Below are positions 8,728-17,937 of a stretch of DNA of 53,407 nt, piece after piece (the first letter of the stretch is position 1; every line of letters begins with the position of its first letter). The stretch spans positions 1 to 53,407 of the forward strand of contig DAOVLV010000001.1 of the NCBI GenBank assembly GCA_030631085.1. The letters are read 5' to 3'. Under the pieces are notes generated by a model that saw nothing but the letters and a program-made list of their open reading frames with translations, was not told the origin of the DNA and made no database searches. Made by a program: the position numbers and the translations under genes. The DNA is from Planctomycetales bacterium (lineage in GTDB: Bacteria > Planctomycetota > Phycisphaerae > SM23-33).

Positions 8728-9374
8728 TCTTCCATCCATCCCTTGTGGAATTCGTAGAGTTTGCGGTCGTTGGTGAAGACGTACTGTTCGAGGCGGGGAT
8801 TGGCCGTCAGGTTCGCCGAGCCTTCGACGACCAGCCATGCGTTGCGGTCCGGGTTGGCGGCCAGCAGGACCTTGGCGTGGTTGCGAAAGGCACGGTAACG
8901 CCCACCGCGGGCGCGGATGCCGTCGAGCAGCATCGCATAGACGGCGGTCTCGCGGCGTTTGAAGTACAGCCCCGTCAGGAAGGCGATCTCGCCTATCTTC
9001 CCGGCGTCGGCCAGCGTGAACAATTCCACGGCGTTGGGCCGCGAGAGCGTCCACGTCGAGCAATAAAGCATCTCCGTCCGGCCTATCCAGTCGATGATCT
9101 GCGGTACGAACGTCCAGAAGTCATATTTCGCCGTGCTCACTACGTGGATCGACTCGCCGGGCTCCGGCGGTTGGCCGATTACTTCGGCGAGATGTTGTTT
9201 CTGGCTGATACGCTCGAATCGTCGGCGGGCGGAGACCTTTCGAAGTGTCCGGTCTGCCGGCATGTACTCCGTCTCCAGCCTTCGGCTCTGAGGCTCAGGC
9301 TCGAAGAGCGGATCGGTCGGTGGACCGTCGGCGAGCAGGTCGTCAATCAGGAATTGATCTTCAGTGTCTGTCAT
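8712..9374 (-). CDS. Phospholipase-D-family (HKD) nuclease-like protein
   Basis: HKD motif FRNHAKVLLAANPDRNAWLVVEGSANLT. ATGA overlap with the methylase stop. Confidence 0.7.
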   Translation of the reverse strand: MTDTEDQFLIDDLLADGPPTDPLFEPEPQSRRLETEYMPADRTLRKVSARRRFERISQKQHLAEVIGQPPEPGESIHVVSTAKYDFWTFVPQIIDWIGRTEMLYCSTWTLSRPNAVELFTLADAGKIGEIAFLTGLYFKRRETAVYAMLLDGIRARGGRYRAFRNHAKVLLAANPDRNAWLVVEGSANLTANPRLEQYVFTNDRKLYEFHKGWMEECLTK

Positions 9375-10852
9375 TTCCGTTCGGCCTTTCGTCCTGTCAT
9401 CTTTTCCCAACGCTGGACGATCACATCGCAGTAGAGCGGGTCGATTTCCATCAGGAAAGCCCGCCGCTTGGCGTGTTCGGCGGCGATAAGCGTCGAGCCG
9501 CTGCCTCCGAAAAGGTCCAGGACGTTCTCGCCGGGCTTGGACGAATACCGCATCGCGCGGACCGCCAGTTCGACGGGCTTTTCGGTCAGGTGGACCATCT
9601 TCTGTGAGGCAACTTTTTTGACCGTCCAGACGTCGGCAGGCCTGCGCCCGGGACGACCCACCAGGCGGAAATCGCCGACCCGGTCAACGAGGATATCCAG
9701 GAGGGTTTCGTTTTCTTTGCGGGTTGCGGCCATGCACTTCGAAGGTAATTCAATCGCGGTATTCGGCAACGGGACGGGTTTCGCCGTGGAGCACGGATCG
9801 ACGCGCCAGACGTCGCGGGCGTTCATGAATCGCGGGTTGAACCAGTGGGCCGCGCCGCTCCGCCAGCCGTAGAAGCACCACTCGTGATCGCCCATGAAAT
9901 CCTTGCGCGTCAGGACGGGGTGGCCCTTGACCCAGATAATCGCCTGGGAAAAGCGAAGTTCGCTCTCGACCAGGGCCGATGGGTAGTTGGCGACGTTGGC
10001 GTAGCCGCCCCAGATGTAAAAGGACCGGCCAGGCTCCAAGACACGACTGATCTGGCCGAACCAAGCCCGTAGCAGGTGGGCGAACTGTTCGTCGCTGACA
10101 AAATCGTTTTCAAGCGGACGATCCTTAGCGCGGAGTTTTTTCGTCGTAGCGCGTTTCTCGCCCTGGCGGGCTACGTCGAAGGATTGGTTTGGCATCAGTT
10201 TCTTGCCGGCGGCCGCCAGTGCGTTGTTGCTTCTCGGTTCCACGTTGACGTTGTAGGGCGGATCGGTATTGACCAGTTGAATCTTCTCACCGTCCAGCAG
10301 GCGGTCCAGATCAGCGGCCGCGGCGCTGTCGCCGCACAGCAGCCGGTGGGCACCGAGAATCCAAAGATCGCCCGGCTTTGTGATCGCCTCGTCGGGCTGG
10401 GCTGGCACGTCATCGATCCCCGGCGGCATTTCGTCAGGCAGGCTTTCATCCAGCAGCCGCTTCACATCGTCGTCATCAAAACCCGTCGCGGCGAACAGGC
10501 CAGCGTCCTCGGCCCGCAATTCTTGCAAAAGAGATATCAAGGCCTCATCGTTCCACTTGGCAAGTTCGGCCGTGCGGTTGTCGGCTACTGCGAAGGCCTT
10601 CGCGTCCGGACCGGTCAGGCCCGTCACCACCGTCGTGATCGACTTCCAGCCGAGCCGCCTGGCGGCAAGGTACATCGCGTTGCCGGCGAGGATTTCTCCA
10701 GCGGGGTTTATGATAATTGGTTTTTGCTGACCGAACCGCTTCAGGGAAGCCGCTATCGCCTTGATGTTCCGTTCGTCGTGCATGCGGATGTTCGCCGAGG
10801 CGGGTTTGATCGCAGACAGGACGGTTGTTTTCATCCGATTCATGGTGGTCAT
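9371..10852 (-). CDS. ParB-like N-terminal domain fused to an N6/N4 DNA methyltransferase
   Basis: ParB-like ..QQKPIIINPAGEILAGNAMYLAARRLGW. TDPPYN and LDLFGGSGST motifs. ATGA overlap with the terminase stop. Confidence 0.85.
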   Translation of the reverse strand: MTTMNRMKTTVLSAIKPASANIRMHDERNIKAIAASLKRFGQQKPIIINPAGEILAGNAMYLAARRLGWKSITTVVTGLTGPDAKAFAVADNRTAELAKWNDEALISLLQELRAEDAGLFAATGFDDDDVKRLLDESLPDEMPPGIDDVPAQPDEAITKPGDLWILGAHRLLCGDSAAAADLDRLLDGEKIQLVNTDPPYNVNVEPRSNNALAAAGKKLMPNQSFDVARQGEKRATTKKLRAKDRPLENDFVSDEQFAHLLRAWFGQISRVLEPGRSFYIWGGYANVANYPSALVESELRFSQAIIWVKGHPVLTRKDFMGDHEWCFYGWRSGAAHWFNPRFMNARDVWRVDPCSTAKPVPLPNTAIELPSKCMAATRKENETLLDILVDRVGDFRLVGRPGRRPADVWTVKKVASQKMVHLTEKPVELAVRAMRYSSKPGENVLDLFGGSGSTLIAAEHAKRRAFLMEIDPLYCDVIVQRWEKMTGRKAERK

Positions 10853-12984
10853 CCTTTCATTCGCTTCTGTCTTTGCAGATCGGAGAGTCGCATTCTCTTT
10901 TTTCCGGCCGGGGGTTGGCGCTTGGCCGGTTTGCCGTCGGCGGTCTGTTTGGCGGCCGGGACGGCGACGGTTTTCATGCCGCAAATCGACGCGGCGACAC
11001 AACAGGCGTAAGTCGTATCAAACCAGTGGTTCTCCCGGCGGATACGCTTCCACAGCCAGACGTCGCCCCTGCCGGGCTTGTATTCGTGCGTCCATATCTC
11101 GGCGGTGATCTGTCGGGCGTAGTTGCGATGTTCGACTGCGTTTTCGATCGCGCCGAACAAGAGCAGCGAACCGGGGCGACCGGGATCAGCCAGCAGACCC
11201 GTATGGACGAAGTTCTTCCAGTAATCCGAGTCCATGTTGTACAGCCACGCCTTGTGACTCGGCTGGAAGGTGGCGAACCAGTGATTGCCGAGTTTGCGGC
11301 CGTGGCCACGCTTGGCGGGGTGACGGTAATGGCCCTGGCCGCCGGTGCCGAAGCCTTTCGACGCACGATAGATTTTGCCGGGACTGGACCGGACGAATTC
11401 ATAGACCGGCGTGTCCATCGAACTCCGGGCGTAGCCCGCATCGACCAGCGCCAAGTCAAGATGCCGCATCTCGCCGGTGTCGGCGTCGGGCCAGCCGTCG
11501 GCGGCCATGTCGCGGAACTCGCACAATGCCGCAAGGATCGCGTCCTGGACGGCGGCGAGATTTTCCGGGTCCTCCAGGTTGCCGACCAGGGGCGAATGGA
11601 CCCGGATCACGCCGTAATCGATAATCAGGCTGGCCGAACGCTTCCATGCCATCACGGTCCAGTGGACCGCCCGCCCGCCGACGTCCAGCCCGGCCGTCAG
11701 GTAATCGGCCTCCGGTGTAACCGTCCCGCGATCCCGGCCGCTGCATCGCTTCATTACCGTTTGGGCGTTGATGTCGATCAGTTCGGCGACGTGGCCGAGC
11801 GGCGGGATGTTTTGGTATTCACTGTTGAAGTGAGACCAGTCGGTATCGGCGATGAAGTCATAACAAAATTGAAGGGCTGAGACCTGCTTGGCGCTGCCGT
11901 CGGGCATTTCGGTCGGGTCGAAACGATAGGGATTGGAAACAACGGCCCCGGCATCCATCGCCCGTCGATTCGCCAGGTAGTATTTGTGGGCCTTCCTGCC
12001 TGACTTGTCGCCTTTTAGAACACCGTCCTGCCGGAGTTCCATGTACCTGGTCCACATGTCCTCGCGGTCGGGTTTCTGGACCAGGAGTTTTCGGCGTGTG
12101 CCGTCCCATGCGGGCTTGACCTTCGGATCGGTGAACTTGTCGGCCAGGCAGTTGGCGGCGATGATTGTGCAGGTGTAGAGGATGGCGATGCTCTTTTCGC
12201 CGCCGAGGCCCACGATGTCCGACTCAATAATCCTCTCACGCTTCTCGATCTCGACGGGGCTGTGGGCCGTCTCGTCGGTTTCCGGGTCGTCGATCAGCAC
12301 AAGATCGGGCCGCTGGCCCCGGAAATTCATCCCGCGAATCGTTCCCTCAATGCCGCGCGACGTGATCATGGCACCGGATGCGGACGACCCGGCCACGACC
12401 GGCAGGCGAATCACATCGCCGGTCCATTTGAGGTGAGTCCGCCGACCGGCGACCGTCTGGGCACTCGCCCGCTGGCTGGCCCCGGCCAGAGCGTGGATCG
12501 GGGTGCAGATTTCAGGGAAGTCCTCTGCGAGCTGATCGTTTCGCTCAAATTCGGCACGGATGTTTTCGAGGTTGTCATCCGCCTCCCTGGCATTGGCACC
12601 GATGATCACAACGAAACGCCGAAAGCCATAGACAATCGCGTAGATAGTCAGACACCGGAGAAGGGAGGTTTTACCTTCCTTGCGTGGCGCGGTCTCCGCT
12701 TTCCATCCGCCGAATTGCAGGCGATCTATGAATTCCTTGATGATGCTTCGCTGATTCGACGTAAAGGCATTGAAAAAAATGATAGGGAAGTAGGTCTTTA
12801 GAAACAGGGCTGGGTCTTTTTCGCATCGACGGCGGCGACGGGGGTTGCAAACGGGAGGGATAACGAGGTCCCGTCCCGCCGCTCGTTTGCGAGCCATCAG
12901 CGCGCGTTGACTGGCTCGCTCGCGGTCCAGAGAGGCCACCGCAGCGTGGCTTTGTTTGGCTCGTTTTCGTAAGTCTTTACCCAT
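10849..12984 (-). CDS. Terminase large subunit
   Basis: 711 aa. Walker A-like APRKEGKTS, Walker B-like PDLVLIDDPE. Large C-terminal nuclease-size domain. First gene of the packaging/head block. Confidence 0.8.
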   Translation of the reverse strand: MGKDLRKRAKQSHAAVASLDRERASQRALMARKRAAGRDLVIPPVCNPRRRRRCEKDPALFLKTYFPIIFFNAFTSNQRSIIKEFIDRLQFGGWKAETAPRKEGKTSLLRCLTIYAIVYGFRRFVVIIGANAREADDNLENIRAEFERNDQLAEDFPEICTPIHALAGASQRASAQTVAGRRTHLKWTGDVIRLPVVAGSSASGAMITSRGIEGTIRGMNFRGQRPDLVLIDDPETDETAHSPVEIEKRERIIESDIVGLGGEKSIAILYTCTIIAANCLADKFTDPKVKPAWDGTRRKLLVQKPDREDMWTRYMELRQDGVLKGDKSGRKAHKYYLANRRAMDAGAVVSNPYRFDPTEMPDGSAKQVSALQFCYDFIADTDWSHFNSEYQNIPPLGHVAELIDINAQTVMKRCSGRDRGTVTPEADYLTAGLDVGGRAVHWTVMAWKRSASLIIDYGVIRVHSPLVGNLEDPENLAAVQDAILAALCEFRDMAADGWPDADTGEMRHLDLALVDAGYARSSMDTPVYEFVRSSPGKIYRASKGFGTGGQGHYRHPAKRGHGRKLGNHWFATFQPSHKAWLYNMDSDYWKNFVHTGLLADPGRPGSLLLFGAIENAVEHRNYARQITAEIWTHEYKPGRGDVWLWKRIRRENHWFDTTYACCVAASICGMKTVAVPAAKQTADGKPAKRQPPAGKKRMRLSDLQRQKRMKG

Positions 12985-13306
12985 AACTAACTAACAGAGT
13001 CGAAAGGTAGGTGAGCGAACTTTCCAATCTGCCATAATGGCAGTTGGTAGTACCTTTAACCCCTTGGGGGCAAATGGTGGGGTTTTCGTCCCCTTGCCTA
13101 TCTTAACGGTGGTGGTCCAAAAAAGGCGCAATTTGCGCTTGTTGCATTTTGGCAAACTAACAGGATGCGCGCACAAAACCCCGAATGAAGGGAATTTCCA
13201 TAAGTCCCGTTTGCGGCAGGTGTTAGTATTTAAGGCCAAACACCCGAAAACCTGAAATATGCTTAACATAAGTCCCATTCTCGTTACCTTCGCTCTCCAT
13301 AGCGAT
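12985..13306. other. AT-rich non-coding spacer between integrase and terminase (candidate cos/pac and/or att-related DNA)
   Basis: No convincing ORF. Near-palindromes GCCATAATGGC and GCGCAATTTGCGC. Weak tRNA-like traces (CAGTTGGTAG, GGGGTTTTCGTCCCC). Confidence 0.4.
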
Positions 13307-14230
13307 TTACAGCCCATTTACGACGCTGCTGGCGATGTCCACGGCCACGCCTCTCACCCGGTCAAAGTAGATTTGCAAGGTGTTCAGGTTCGCATGTCGG
13401 CTGAACTTCTGGACGTCTGCAAGGCTGTGGCCCAGCAGGATCGCGTCGGTGATTGCCGTGTGCCTCAGGCCGTGGGGCGTGGTCTTGCAGCCGATAGCCT
13501 TACTTAGCGCCACCACAATGGAATACAATCCGGTAGCGCCAAGTCGCTCGCGCCCGCAAGCCCGGCTGAGCGTGTAGAACAGTGGCCCATCGTCATGGCC
13601 TCGCTGGGACATCCACGCCGCGACCGCCTCGGCTACCAGCAGGGGCATGTCGATCCACTCTCTTTCGACGCGGCCCTTGCCGATTACGCTCAGCGCCGGT
13701 CGTTTCAGGTCCACGTTTTCGACGTCCAGTTCAACGACCTCGCCCCTTCGCAGGGCAAGCCCGTAGAGCAGGTACAGGATCGCCGTATCCCGGTAGCCTT
13801 TCAGCCCGCCTTGGGCCTTGGCGAATTCAATCATTCTGCGGACGTTCGACCGACCCGGCCCGGTCGAATCCCTCAGTGGCTGTGTCGGCAGTGGTTTGAT
13901 CGTCAGCGACCACGCGATTATCCCGATGTTCCGGGCCGTGGAGGTCAGTGATCGGAGCGTTGCCAGTCGCCGGTTGATTGTGGCGGCGGCCGAGCGTTCC
14001 CGCAGGTGGGCGCGGTAGAGGCTGGCCAGTTCGTAGGCCTGGCCGTTCCCGCCTCCGATGAGTTCGGCCACCGCGCCGTCCACCGTCTTGGCGCTGAGAA
14101 AATCCGCGAATCGCCGAAGGTCCGTCCGGTAGGCCTGGGCGGTGAGTCGGCCCTTACCGGTCAGGAAGATTTTTAATAGCCGCTTGGCGTCGGCTGTTGA
14201 TGCTTTTCGTTTTCTTTTTCGCGTCGCCAT
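13307..14230 (-). CDS. Tyrosine recombinase / phage integrase
   Basis: ..LALRRGEVVEL.., HGLRHTAITDA, SRHANLNTLQIYFD (R..HxxR..H..Y). Start taken at the ATG at 14230 (MATRKRKRK). Confidence 0.85.
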   Translation of the reverse strand: MATRKRKRKASTADAKRLLKIFLTGKGRLTAQAYRTDLRRFADFLSAKTVDGAVAELIGGGNGQAYELASLYRAHLRERSAAATINRRLATLRSLTSTARNIGIIAWSLTIKPLPTQPLRDSTGPGRSNVRRMIEFAKAQGGLKGYRDTAILYLLYGLALRRGEVVELDVENVDLKRPALSVIGKGRVEREWIDMPLLVAEAVAAWMSQRGHDDGPLFYTLSRACGRERLGATGLYSIVVALSKAIGCKTTPHGLRHTAITDAILLGHSLADVQKFSRHANLNTLQIYFDRVRGVAVDIASSVVNGL

Positions 14231-14255
14231 TCTCAATTTCCGATTTATGACAGTG

Positions 14256-14702
14256 TTACTGTCGCTTCGACGCCTTCGCAGTCGCAGTCGGGTGTTCCGT
14301 TTGATGGGTTTCCGGTTTCGGGTCGAGCCAGCCGCCGACAATCCATTCGGGATAGGGCCAAGAATATCTGTCGGCGTATCGGAAGTTTTGGAAACCTTTC
14401 ATCGGGACAGGGGTGATCCACTGCCAAGACTTTGCATCCATGAAAATATAGCAGCCATCGAGCCATTGGCGTCCGGTCGTGTCGCATTGGATGCCGTCTC
14501 TATGACGCACTCGCTTGACGATAGCAAAGCCCCGGATGTAGCCGTCTTCGACGTAATAGACTTTGTCCCCCACGCCGATGTCGGGATATTGATTGCTGTT
14601 GAATCGTCGGAAGTATTCACCACCACCGGCGGCGATGCAGTCGGCGGCCTCTTGTGCGGCGGCTTTCATCTGTGATTTCGGTGTCGTTACGATGATGTCC
14701 AT
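14256..14702 (-). CDS. Hypothetical protein (possibly PUA/ASCH-like fold)
   Basis: 148 aa. The GDKVYYVEDGYIRGFAIV pattern is only weakly suggestive. Confidence 0.5.
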   Translation of the reverse strand: MDIIVTTPKSQMKAAAQEAADCIAAGGGEYFRRFNSNQYPDIGVGDKVYYVEDGYIRGFAIVKRVRHRDGIQCDTTGRQWLDGCYIFMDAKSWQWITPVPMKGFQNFRYADRYSWPYPEWIVGGWLDPKPETHQTEHPTATAKASKRQ

Positions 14703-14742
14703 TTGATTTACTCCTCTGCGTTCTCTGTGATCTCTGTGGTTA

Positions 14743-15774
14743 TCAGCCCATCACCTCGATGGTCGTTTTTTCGTAATCCAGCCAAGCGGCATGGGCGGCT
14801 TGGCGGTGGATTATGTCGGGGGCTTTCATGTGCGGAAATTGTCGGCATACCTGATCGCGATAACGCTCGCGATCCTGCCATTCAAGATTGAGGTAATGGT
14901 CCATCTTGGCCTGTTCGAGTTCGGTCTTTTCGGCCTGTTCGGCGGCTTGGGCTTGTGTTTGGGCTATTTTTTTACGCGCGGCGTTGACGGTTCGGTCGAG
15001 GTCGGCGAGATATTGCATCACCGTCCCGTGTCCGAGGCACGACCATCGCTTCGCTGCGCGGTACTTTTCAGCTCCACGCAGGACTTCCGCGTCGATTCGC
15101 TCGAGCGCGGCCCGGTCGCCGTCGTCGAATTCGCGGCGGATGTCGGCTTTCCATTTCGCCGGCAGTTTTTTCCCGAAGGCCGTTCCGTGGGCGATGTCGA
15201 TTTGCTGGACAATCTGTTTTTTTGTGGTCTTCGGAGAAAATCCGTTACCCCCGCTTTCTGCTTTTTCCCCGTTGGGGGTAGGGGGAGTACTTCTTTCAGT
15301 ACAGATACAGTACTTAGAGTCGCATTTTGCTACCACTTCCGGTAGCATTTTGCTACCGGTCGAGTGGCATTCTGCTACCGGTAGCATTTTGCTACTGGTA
15401 GCATTTTGCGACTGCTTTTCGGTAGGTTCTTTTGATGGATTTTCTCCCGATTCGGCGTCGGTTTTTTCGTCGATCTGGCCCACCTGTGGTTGCAGGATTC
15501 GGTAGAGATTCGGTTTGCCCAGCGATTGGCGCAGCACGACGATCAGTTTCGCGGATTCGAGGGCGGCGATTGCTCGCAGAACGGTATCGCGTGACAATCC
15601 CGTCCATTGGCTCAGGCGGGTCATGGATGGCCATACGTCGGTCCCGTTGGGTCCGAGGTGGGCCGCCAGTGCCATCCATACGAGTTTGGCCGACGCCGCC
15701 AGTGTCGGATCGCGGAGAATCACATCAGGCAATGACGAATATCGTCCCGGCTCGAATAGTTCATTTCTTTTCAT
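14743..15774 (-). CDS. Winged-helix DNA-binding protein, replication-initiator-like
   Basis: N-terminus ..SAKLVWMALAAHLGPNG..WPSMTRLSQWTGLSRDTVLRAIAALESAKLIVV is a typical phage O/DnaD-like wHTH. Confidence 0.55.
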   Translation of the reverse strand: MKRNELFEPGRYSSLPDVILRDPTLAASAKLVWMALAAHLGPNGTDVWPSMTRLSQWTGLSRDTVLRAIAALESAKLIVVLRQSLGKPNLYRILQPQVGQIDEKTDAESGENPSKEPTEKQSQNATSSKMLPVAECHSTGSKMLPEVVAKCDSKYCICTERSTPPTPNGEKAESGGNGFSPKTTKKQIVQQIDIAHGTAFGKKLPAKWKADIRREFDDGDRAALERIDAEVLRGAEKYRAAKRWSCLGHGTVMQYLADLDRTVNAARKKIAQTQAQAAEQAEKTELEQAKMDHYLNLEWQDRERYRDQVCRQFPHMKAPDIIHRQAAHAAWLDYEKTTIEVMG

Positions 15775-15799
15775 CGTTTTCGCGTCCTTGCGTTTTTGC

Positions 15800-15826
15800 C
15801 AAGTCCCAAGTCCCTAATCCCTGTCC
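15800..15826. repeat. Tandem heptamer array (CAAGTCC/CTAATCC type)
   Basis: caagtcccaagtccctaatccctgtccg. Spans the radical SAM stop and the spacer before the next ATG. Confidence 0.7.
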
Positions 15827-16734
15827 GCCAAGGCCATCGGTCCGGCGACTTCTGAAAATAAAAACCCGGTGCATTCTTGCTTGTTTATTTCCGGGGTTTT
15901 TGATCGGCTATAAAGGATCGTGCGACGTCGGTAAGGACGGAGCAATTGCTTCCATGCCAGCGATTCGATTCTTACCTTGGAATCATCGTGTTGGTAGTAC
16001 ATCGGGAACGGCGTAGCGTTTATCGAAAGAATCCAATCGAGGCGCTGACCGGCCTTTCTGATTGTGTCGCCTGGGTATCCGACCAGGACGTAACAGGTGA
16101 TTTTTCGGAGACTCCGGCTGTCGGACCATCCGGTTGTTTCGCGGATAATTTTGACGGCCCGTTCGACGTGGCCCTTTTGGCAAGGTCGGTCGTAGGCGGT
16201 GAATAGCGACTCGATTCGCAGGGTCGCCAGTTTTCGCGCGAACCACGGCTGTAATCGGCGCGCTTCCAGACCACCGGCGAAAATGATCGGATGCCGCTGG
16301 CGGGCGAGCATGTTCAAAACCGATTCGATGTGTGGTCTTGGACAGGCGAGGATGTTATTATCCTGAAGGTTCCACCCGTCGCGGATCCGGAGCGTTCGGA
16401 TAGGGCCTTCGCGTTTTGGTACCAAACAGAAATTGCAACGGTTTGGACATCCGCGACTTGTAATAGTGTAACCTGATTTCAGGTACATCCCCGGCTCGAA
16501 ATCCCCTGCATGGTCGCCGAAAGCCGGCCCTCCCATTCTTACGCAATCGCCATAGATGAGTCGCCATGCGTTGTAGAGATATTGGGCCTTGGGAACGTCC
16601 CACGTAAACGTCACCGACACGTGAACCTCGTCAGCGTCGGGATGGTTCAGGGGTGGCTCGCCGACGAAGGCAAATTCATCGTCAGGCGTGGCCGCTGTCC
16701 GGCGCGGAAACACTCTGATTATTTTACTTATCAT
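15814..16734 (-). CDS. Radical SAM enzyme, subfamily unknown
   Basis: CPNRCNFC (Cx3Cx2C) about 95 aa from the N-terminus. 306 aa. Confidence 0.7.
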   Translation of the reverse strand: MISKIIRVFPRRTAATPDDEFAFVGEPPLNHPDADEVHVSVTFTWDVPKAQYLYNAWRLIYGDCVRMGGPAFGDHAGDFEPGMYLKSGYTITSRGCPNRCNFCLVPKREGPIRTLRIRDGWNLQDNNILACPRPHIESVLNMLARQRHPIIFAGGLEARRLQPWFARKLATLRIESLFTAYDRPCQKGHVERAVKIIRETTGWSDSRSLRKITCYVLVGYPGDTIRKAGQRLDWILSINATPFPMYYQHDDSKVRIESLAWKQLLRPYRRRTILYSRSKTPEINKQECTGFLFSEVAGPMALADRD

Positions 16735-17101
16735 TTCTCTGCGTTCTCTGTGGCTTTGGTCGTATCTTGGGCTTTGAGTGCGTCGGGGGCGGTTTTATGC
16801 CGCCGCGTTTGATCTTCCCCTCGGCGAGCGTTGTGTAATCCCCCAGCGGTGCTGGGGGTTTGTTGGTAAGCCCCCGGCACTGTCGGGGGATTTTGCTCCA
16901 GCAGATCAGCCCGTGGATCGCCAGTATGAAGAATATCGCATCGCGCACGGCCAGTGCCGTCATCCCTGCGTGAATGTGCAGGCCCGCCGACAGGAGGTTC
17001 GAGACCATCCATACCGCGAAGCACGCCCGTCGCCGGTGGTTGTTGAGGACGACGCCGGTTATGGCGATGATGGTTACTGTCCAGCCGATGATTTCGGTCA
17101 T
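16724..17101 (-). CDS. Small 3-TM membrane protein (weak PnuC-like half-transporter resemblance)
   Basis: ATG at 17101 with ATGA coupling. TMs IIGWTVTIIAITGVVL, CFAVWMVSNLLSAGL, AIFFILAIHGLICW. The tail is encoded by two hairpins. Confidence 0.5.
   Translation of the reverse strand: MTEIIGWTVTIIAITGVVLNNHRRRACFAVWMVSNLLSAGLHIHAGMTALAVRDAIFFILAIHGLICWSKIPRQCRGLTNKPPAPLGDYTTLAEGKIKRGGIKPPPTHSKPKIRPKPQRTQRNDK
16840..16889. terminator. Two tandem C5/G5 hairpins (16840-16858, 16871-16889)
   Basis: CCCCCAGCGGTGCTGGGGG and CCCCCGGCACTGTCGGGGG. Confidence 0.45.
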
Positions 17102-17937
17102 TGGGGTTTTTCCTTCCGTTGGTCTCGAAAAGTACTTTGGACTGCGATCTGTTTTCGGATTTCTTCCAGTGTCGCCACTTGCTTCTGGAGGTAGTCCGGT
17201 AATTTGTCGAATCCGAACCACCTCAGTATTTCGGTCAATGTTTTGTCGGCGTGAGCGGATTCGCCCGTCAGGGCCTCAAGTAAGGCCCTGATTATGTCGT
17301 GTATTCGCGCGACCTTGCGGTCGTTTGTTTCCCTCGCGTTGTATGCCCGTCGTAACTCGCGCAGGGCCTTGTACCGTGTGCGATGATCCCGGCGGATAGC
17401 GACTTGGGCGATGAAGTTGGCCACGTCGCCCGGATGCTGTGGATATACCTTTATGGCCCAAGTTCGATGGACTTTCATGAGCCGTTCTCCGTTCTTGCTC
17501 ATAGCCAAACCGATCCATCCCCTTGGGATTTCTTCCTTATCGAGAAGCCCGGTCGGATACGCCAAGTAGCACAAGTGGGCTGGCGGGTGCGGGTTATTGA
17601 ATTTGCGTTGTTCGTCCTTGGTAAAGTCGGAGCGACTGATTTTCACCTCCACGAGGGCCGTAAGCAATGGGCCGTAGCGGAAGTCAATTTCCCGATATTC
17701 CTGCAACCCTCCGCTGATCAGTTTGAGTTTTTTTGCTTCGGTCGGTGTGGGGTAAATGAATGAGGCCACATCTGCGATCCATTTGCCAGCGACCGGGACC
17801 TCGGTTTCGACGGGCTTGAATCCCATCCTGTCAAGATGGTCCACCGCCACTGCCGTGATCCTGTGGGTCAGGGGCGTCTTGTTTTTATCGAGTTCGGCCC
17901 CGTCCTGCACCGGCGATGTTTTCTCTACAATGGCCAT
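17098..17937 (-). CDS. MmcB-like PD-(D/E)xK nuclease family protein
   Basis: ..GKWIADVASFIY.. and ..LVEVKISRSDFTKD.. match the D...E-x-K layout of MmcB-type proteins. Confidence 0.5.
   Translation of the reverse strand: MAIVEKTSPVQDGAELDKNKTPLTHRITAVAVDHLDRMGFKPVETEVPVAGKWIADVASFIYPTPTEAKKLKLISGGLQEYREIDFRYGPLLTALVEVKISRSDFTKDEQRKFNNPHPPAHLCYLAYPTGLLDKEEIPRGWIGLAMSKNGERLMKVHRTWAIKVYPQHPGDVANFIAQVAIRRDHRTRYKALRELRRAYNARETNDRKVARIHDIIRALLEALTGESAHADKTLTEILRWFGFDKLPDYLQKQVATLEEIRKQIAVQSTFRDQRKEKPQ

Noticed and set aside
13031-13100. A tRNA or att-core copy in the integrase-terminase spacer
   Set aside because: Only loose resemblance (CAGTTGGTAG, GGGGTTTTCGTCCCC). No acceptor or anticodon stems can be drawn, and there is no exact match to the 31.6-kb core.
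12991-13317. 108-aa ORF in the AT-rich spacer
   Set aside because: Composition and Cys/Lys/Phe-rich product look non-coding. It overlaps the integrase 3' end.
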